From Alphaproteobacteria bacterium (GTDB lineage Bacteria; Pseudomonadota; Alphaproteobacteria; UBA828): a stretch of 64,000 nucleotides of DNA. Made by a program: the position numbers and the translations under genes. Of the stretch, positions 59,379 through 64,000 are shown in pieces (position 1 is the stretch's first letter; the number at the start of each line of letters is the position of its first letter). The stretch lies in assembly GCA_965220745.1 (NCBI GenBank), contig CBDCQT010000013.1, positions 32,001 through 96,000 on the forward strand, in the 5' to 3' direction. The notes below the pieces were generated by a model that made no database searches, was not told where the DNA came from, and saw nothing but the letters and a program-made list of their open reading frames with translations.

Positions 59379-60581
59379 TCAGATCACGCCCTTCTCCCGC
59401 AGGGCGTTGCGTTCGGCGGCGGAAAGACCGAGCAGGCCGCCGTAAACCTCGTCGTTGTGAGCGCCGAGCCTGGGGCCCAGGCTCTCGATCCGCCCCGGCG
59501 TCTCGGACATGGCGGGCAGCACGTTCGGCACGTGGACGTGCTCGCCCGTCTCCGGCTCGATCACGTCTTTCAAGGTGCCCCGCGCCTGGTAGTGCGGATC
59601 CTCGAAGATGTCGGCGATGGAATAGACCGGCGACGTCGGCACGCCGCCCGCGTTGCAGGTCTCCACCACCCGGTCGCGCGGTAGCGAGAGCGTGAAGGCC
59701 GTGACCATGGCCTCCACATCGTCGCGGTTCTCCACCCGCCTGGCACTGGTGGCGTAGCGCTCGTCCTCGCCCAGCTCCTCGCGGCCCAGCACCGCGGCCA
59801 TGCGGCGCCACATCTTGTCGCTGGTGCACGCGATCGCGACCCAGCCGCCGTCGCCACACTCGAAATGCCCGTGGGGGCAGACGTTGCTGGTCATCAGCCC
59901 AAGCCTCGGGCGGACAAACCCGGTCGCGGCATAGAGCGGCGCCATCTCGTCGAGCACCCGGAAGATCGATTCGTAGAGGGCGATGTCGATCACCTGCCCG
60001 CCAACGTCTTCGCGGGTGCGCAGAGCCATGAGGGCGCCGACGGCGCCGTAGAGGCCGGAGATGTAGTCCGCGAGCGAGGTGGAGCCCGGCGTGAGCGGCG
60101 GCCCGCCGGGCACGCCGGTGAGGTGCGTCAGGCCGCCGAAGGCATGGGCGATGCGGGCGAAGCCGGGGCGGTCCTTGTAGGGGCCCTTCTGACCGTAGCC
60201 CGAGATGCGCACCATGACGAGGCCGGGATTGACGGCCTTCAGCGTGTCCGGCCCGAGGCCCCACTTCTCCATGGTGCCCGGCCGGAAGTTCTCGCACAGG
60301 ATGTCAGCCTCGGCGACCAGCCGCATGAACAGCGCCGCGCCCTCGGACTGGCGCAGGTCGAGGGTGACCGACTTCTTGTTGCGCTGCTCCGAGAGCCAGG
60401 CGTAGCCGTCGCCCCGCTGGCTGGGCGAGCCGAACTTGCGCAGCGGGTCGCCGAGCCCCGGCTGCTCGACCTTGATGACCTCGGCGCCGAACTCGCTGAG
60501 CAGGGCGGCGGTAAAGGGCCCCGCGATAAAGGTCGCGAGGTCGATGACGCGGACGCCCGCGAGCGGCAGCTTCTCGGTCAT
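59379..60581 (-). CDS. CoA-transferase family III (CaiB/BaiF)
   Basis: PLAGVRVID, GAEVIKVE, RNKKS, ENFRPG, ISGYGQ.GP. Confidence 0.95.
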   Translation of the reverse strand: MTEKLPLAGVRVIDLATFIAGPFTAALLSEFGAEVIKVEQPGLGDPLRKFGSPSQRGDGYAWLSEQRNKKSVTLDLRQSEGAALFMRLVAEADILCENFRPGTMEKWGLGPDTLKAVNPGLVMVRISGYGQKGPYKDRPGFARIAHAFGGLTHLTGVPGGPPLTPGSTSLADYISGLYGAVGALMALRTREDVGGQVIDIALYESIFRVLDEMAPLYAATGFVRPRLGLMTSNVCPHGHFECGDGGWVAIACTSDKMWRRMAAVLGREELGEDERYATSARRVENRDDVEAMVTAFTLSLPRDRVVETCNAGGVPTSPVYSIADIFEDPHYQARGTLKDVIEPETGEHVHVPNVLPAMSETPGRIESLGPRLGAHNDEVYGGLLGLSAAERNALREKGVI

Positions 60582-60630
60582 GGCGGCAGAAAGCGGCGTT
60601 TAGGCCCGCATGTCAATCGCCGGCGGGGCC

Positions 60631-61356
60631 TCAGTACCGCTCCTTGTGGGTGCGCAGATCGAGCTCCTGCGTCCACGCGTTGCGCGGCTGGCGGTAGAGG
60701 AAGCGATAGGACTCCGCGAGCCCGTCGAGGCCGATGAGCCCGCCTTCGCCCATGCGTGCGGCGAAGTCGGGCGCGCGGGTCTTGAGCCGATAACCGTCGA
60801 TGCCGCCGTCGACCACGACGTGGCCTACGTGAATGCCCTGCGGGCCGAACTCGCGGGCGAGGCTCTGGCCGAGCGCTCGGAGCCCGGCCTTGGCAGACGT
60901 GAAGGCGGCGAAATTGGGCTTGCCGCGCATCGACGCGCTCGCGCCGGTGAGCAACAGCGTGCCCGTGCCGCGCGGCACCATGCGGCGCAACGCCTCGCGG
61001 CTGAACAGGAAGCCGCCGAAGCAGCCGATGCGCCAGCAGGTCTCGAAGTACTCGGCCTCCATCTCGAGCGGGTTGCCCGGCATGTTGTTGCCGGCGTTGA
61101 AGACGGCGAGGTCGATCGGGCCTTGCGCTTCGGCCGCCTCGACGAAGGCGGCGACCGAGGCTTCGTCGGTGGTGTCGGCGACGACGGCGGTGGCCTGCCC
61201 GCCGGCTGCGCGGATCGTGTCCGCGGCCGCTTCCACCTTGGCCTCGGTGCGGCCGCCGACGAAGACGTGGAGCCCTTCGCTCGCCGCCATGCGGCAGACC
61301 GCCGCGCCCAGCCCCTCGCCCGCGCCCACACCGATCACGATCGCCGTCTTGCCCAT
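60631..61356 (-). CDS. SDR family oxidoreductase
   Basis: GVG..EGLG, FNAG, TGASAS.RG, HV.HVVVDG, WTQELDLR. Confidence 0.92.
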   Translation of the reverse strand: MGKTAIVIGVGAGEGLGAAVCRMAASEGLHVFVGGRTEAKVEAAADTIRAAGGQATAVVADTTDEASVAAFVEAAEAQGPIDLAVFNAGNNMPGNPLEMEAEYFETCWRIGCFGGFLFSREALRRMVPRGTGTLLLTGASASMRGKPNFAAFTSAKAGLRALGQSLAREFGPQGIHVGHVVVDGGIDGYRLKTRAPDFAARMGEGGLIGLDGLAESYRFLYRQPRNAWTQELDLRTHKERY

Positions 61357-61470
61357 GCCGCTCTCCCTTTCGTCTCAAGCCCGGTCCCCGCCGCGCGCCG
61401 GGAGAGTACAGCGTTACGCCGGCGCGGAACATGTTTCCAAAGAACGGTATCGATCCTGCGGGCCGGAGAG

Positions 61471-61704
61471 TCAGGCGCAGCTATTCTCCGTGGCGGCACG
61501 AATATCCGCGGCGGCGGCGCGCGGCCGTTTCGCTCGTTCATGCCGCATGAGCGCAATGGTCTCTTCGATCGACCTCGCCACGGGAGCAATGCGGGCGATT
61601 GGTATGCCATCGCGCGTGATGATCACGTCCTCGCCGGCCTCCGCACGCGCAATCAGCTGCAGCAACCGCACCTGCGCGTCGCTGATATCAACTGTACGAG
61701 GCAT
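61471..61704 (-). CDS. Phd/YefM (prevent-host-death) family antitoxin, with no toxin downstream
   Basis: V.I.DA...L.QLI.RAEAGEDVIITRDG.PIARI.P. Confidence 0.82.
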   Translation of the reverse strand: MPRTVDISDAQVRLLQLIARAEAGEDVIITRDGIPIARIAPVARSIEETIALMRHERAKRPRAAAADIRAATENSCA

Positions 61705-61889
61705 GGTGCTCCCAAGGGCCTCAACAATGGCAGAGACCGAGGCATAACGACCGCTGCGCGCTTGCTCAAGGCTTGATCCTGCAAAGCGCAACACCCGCTT
61801 CCGCCCAGCCTTGTCCCTGCCGCCCGGCGCGGCCATGATGCGCCCGCCTGGGCCGCCGGCCGGCGGGGGGCCGGCCCCTCAGCATCATC

Positions 61890-63068
61890 GTGGAGCTTGG
61901 AAAGGAAGCCATGCGCGCCGATCTCGATGCCCTGTTGCCCGCCCTGCGCGAACGGCGGGACGAGACCCGCGAGAACCGCATGGTCCTGCCCGAGATCAGG
62001 GAGATGGTTCGGGAATCGGACGTCGCCCGCATTCTGCAGCCTCCGGCCTACGGCGGGGCCGGCGGGCCGCTGCGCGACATTGTCGAGGCGGTCTCCCAGA
62101 TTGGCGCTGCCTGCGGCTCGACCGGCTGGGCGGTGGTGCAGTACGTCGTTCATCCCTTCATGGTGGCCCAGTGGCCGCGGGAGGGGCAGGATGAGGTCTG
62201 GGGCGACGATCCCAAGGCCCTGGTCGCTGGCATCCTGATCCAGAGCCTGGGCCGCTACGTGCGGGTCGACGGCGGCTACCGCGTGAGCGGCCGCTGGCCC
62301 TTCGTCACCGGTGTGGACACCTGCGACTGGTGCATCGTCTCGGCCTACGAGGAAGGCTGGGTGGGCGAGCACGACAGTCACCTGCACTTCCTCATCAAGC
62401 GCGAGGAAATCGAGATCCTCGATACCTGGCACGCGCTGGGCTTGCGCGGCAGCGGCACCAACGACGTGCAGCTCAAGGAGTTCTTCGTGCCCGAGCACCG
62501 TGCTCTCTCGATGGAGGCGTTGCGCGGCGGCGAATCCCCCGGCGGCCACTGGCGCGAAACGCCGCTCTACCTGCTTCCCAGCTATCCGATCTTCGGCTGC
62601 GGCATCACCAGCGGCGCGGTCGGCATCGCGCAGGAGATGGTGGCGGAGTACAACGAGATCGCGCGCAAGAAGGGCTCGATCATGGCGGAGAAGCAGGTCT
62701 CCACCTTCGCCTCGCAGCACATCCGCTTCGCCGAATCAAAGTGCGCGGTCGACGGGGCCAAGCAGCTGCTGAGGGTTGCGGCCGACGAGATCAGCGCCAT
62801 CGCCGTCGAGGAGGGCCGCGTGCCGAACCTCGAGGAACGCGCTCGCTGCCGCGCCTTCGCGACCTATGCCGGCAATATCGCGATGGACGCCGCGCGCGCC
62901 ATCTGGGACCTCTCCGGCGCCGCCAGCGTCTACACCCGAAGCTCCCTCGGCAACCTCTATACCGACATGCTGGTCGCCAACCAGCACTTCACCCAGAGCA
63001 AGGACGTGAACTTCACGACCTACGGGCGGATGCTCTACGGGCTCGAGATCGACAACCCGACGCTGTGA
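61890..63068 (+). CDS. Flavin-dependent monooxygenase, oxygenase component (acyl-CoA dehydrogenase fold, HsaA/C2-like)
   Basis: QP..YGG, ACGSTGW, GRWPFVTG, DTWH..GLRGSGT, FVPEHR. Confidence 0.9.
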   Translation: MELGKEAMRADLDALLPALRERRDETRENRMVLPEIREMVRESDVARILQPPAYGGAGGPLRDIVEAVSQIGAACGSTGWAVVQYVVHPFMVAQWPREGQDEVWGDDPKALVAGILIQSLGRYVRVDGGYRVSGRWPFVTGVDTCDWCIVSAYEEGWVGEHDSHLHFLIKREEIEILDTWHALGLRGSGTNDVQLKEFFVPEHRALSMEALRGGESPGGHWRETPLYLLPSYPIFGCGITSGAVGIAQEMVAEYNEIARKKGSIMAEKQVSTFASQHIRFAESKCAVDGAKQLLRVAADEISAIAVEEGRVPNLEERARCRAFATYAGNIAMDAARAIWDLSGAASVYTRSSLGNLYTDMLVANQHFTQSKDVNFTTYGRMLYGLEIDNPTL

Positions 63069-63535
63069 GCGCGACCCGCGCGGCTGCGCGCTACTTCGAC
63101 GAATTGAAGGAAGGCGAGCGCTTCGTCACGGGCGAATGGACGCTCGACGAAGCGGAAATCGTAGCCTTCGCACACGTGTTCGACCCACAGCCGATCCACG
63201 TCGATGCCGAGGGCGCGGCCGAGGGCCCCTACGGCGGCCTGATCGCCAGCGGCTTCCAGACGATGGCGCTGGGCTTCCGGCTCTTCTACGAGCTCGGCGT
63301 GATCAACGATGCCTGCATCGGCGGGCCGGGGATCGACAACGTCCGTTTTCACCGGCCGGCGAGGCCGGGCGACACCATCCACGCCATCGCAACCGTCACC
63401 GAAGCCCGCCCCTCGCGCTCGAAGCCCGACCGCGGCTACGTGCGCATGGCTTACGACGTCCGCAACCAGCGGGACGAGCCGGTGCTGAGCTACGAGATCG
63501 TCCATATCCTCATGCGCCGGCCGTCCTCGCCTTGA
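63065..63535 (+). CDS. MaoC family dehydratase
   Basis: RYFDEL..G, FDPQPIHVD, GGLIASG, RF..P.RPGD; GTG overlaps the upstream TGA. Confidence 0.9.
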   Translation: MSATRAAARYFDELKEGERFVTGEWTLDEAEIVAFAHVFDPQPIHVDAEGAAEGPYGGLIASGFQTMALGFRLFYELGVINDACIGGPGIDNVRFHRPARPGDTIHAIATVTEARPSRSKPDRGYVRMAYDVRNQRDEPVLSYEIVHILMRRPSSP

Positions 63536-63592
63536 CTTGGCGGTGCCCGTGTGCGGCCATCGAGTGCGCGAAAGATACGAGCGGAGCAGGCC

Positions 63593-64000
63593 ATGAGCAG
63601 CTTCTACGACGGGCCGATCATCGACGCCCACCATCATCTCTGGGAGCTCGACTCCGGCCGGTATGCATGGCTCACCGACGGCCCGCGCGAGGTGGTGTTC
63701 GGCAGCACCGCGCCGCTCATCCGCGACTACTTCCTCGCCGACTATCTCGCCGACATGGCCGGCATCGGGCTGGTCAAGTCGGTCCACATCCAGGCGAGCT
63801 TCCACGAGGACCCGGTGGCCGAGACCCGCTGGCTGCAGGGCATCGCGGACGAAAACGGCTTTCCCCACGGCATCGTCGCCTACGCCCTGCTGGAGGAGCC
63901 GGATGCCGAGGCGGTGCTGGAAGCCCACTGTGCGCATCCCAACATGCGCGGCATCCGCCAGATCCTGAGCTGGCACGAGAACCCGGCCTGGACCTTCCAC
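63593..64000 (+). CDS. Amidohydrolase family 2 (lactonase-like), partial
   Basis: MSSFYDGPIIDAHHHLW, KSVHIQA, ETRWL, RGIRQ; runs off the window. Confidence 0.85.
   Translation, partial: MSSFYDGPIIDAHHHLWELDSGRYAWLTDGPREVVFGSTAPLIRDYFLADYLADMAGIGLVKSVHIQASFHEDPVAETRWLQGIADENGFPHGIVAYALLEEPDAEAVLEAHCAHPNMRGIRQILSWHENPAWTFH

Noticed and set aside
59379-59420. TPP riboswitch for thiE
   Set aside because: thiE directly abuts the upstream CoA-transferase gene, leaving no leader, and no TPP consensus is seen
62330-63535. 401-aa ORF as a single gene
   Set aside because: Only the last 156 codons (from GTG 63065) look like MaoC; the rest overlaps the monooxygenase out of frame

Overview
High-GC bacterial DNA, most likely an alphaproteobacterium, judged from the thiE-efp-suhB and ybbN-LON domain-Trm112-DUF971 gene orders. 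The window is mostly catabolic and transport genes: two xanthine-dehydrogenase-family molybdoenzyme loci, three ABC importers, ATP-dependent hydantoinase/oxoprolinase subunits, an amidase, a deacetylase, a cytosine-type deaminase, CoA transferases and acyl-CoA dehydrogenases. It also holds one tRNA-Gly(CCC), one intact RHH-PIN toxin-antitoxin pair and three antitoxins whose toxins are decayed or missing. The strongest unannotated signal is a compact SAM-I-type riboswitch lacking P4 (28080-28160, minus strand) with its own sigma70-like promoter. It is followed by a Met/Cys-rich 21-codon leader ORF and then a single-Cys OsmC-like gene and a flavin monooxygenase-like gene, which together suggest an undescribed SAM-controlled sulfur module. 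A second candidate system is a small N-terminal CxxC...HWTEAGTDAGR protein present in two paralogous copies. One copy is encoded between a NodB-type deacetylase and a COG0523 metallochaperone GTPase, in an operon preceded by a 10-bp-phased repeat array. All product calls come from motif recognition by eye; no database search was run. Some start codons were moved from the ORF track to fit RBS position or family N-termini.
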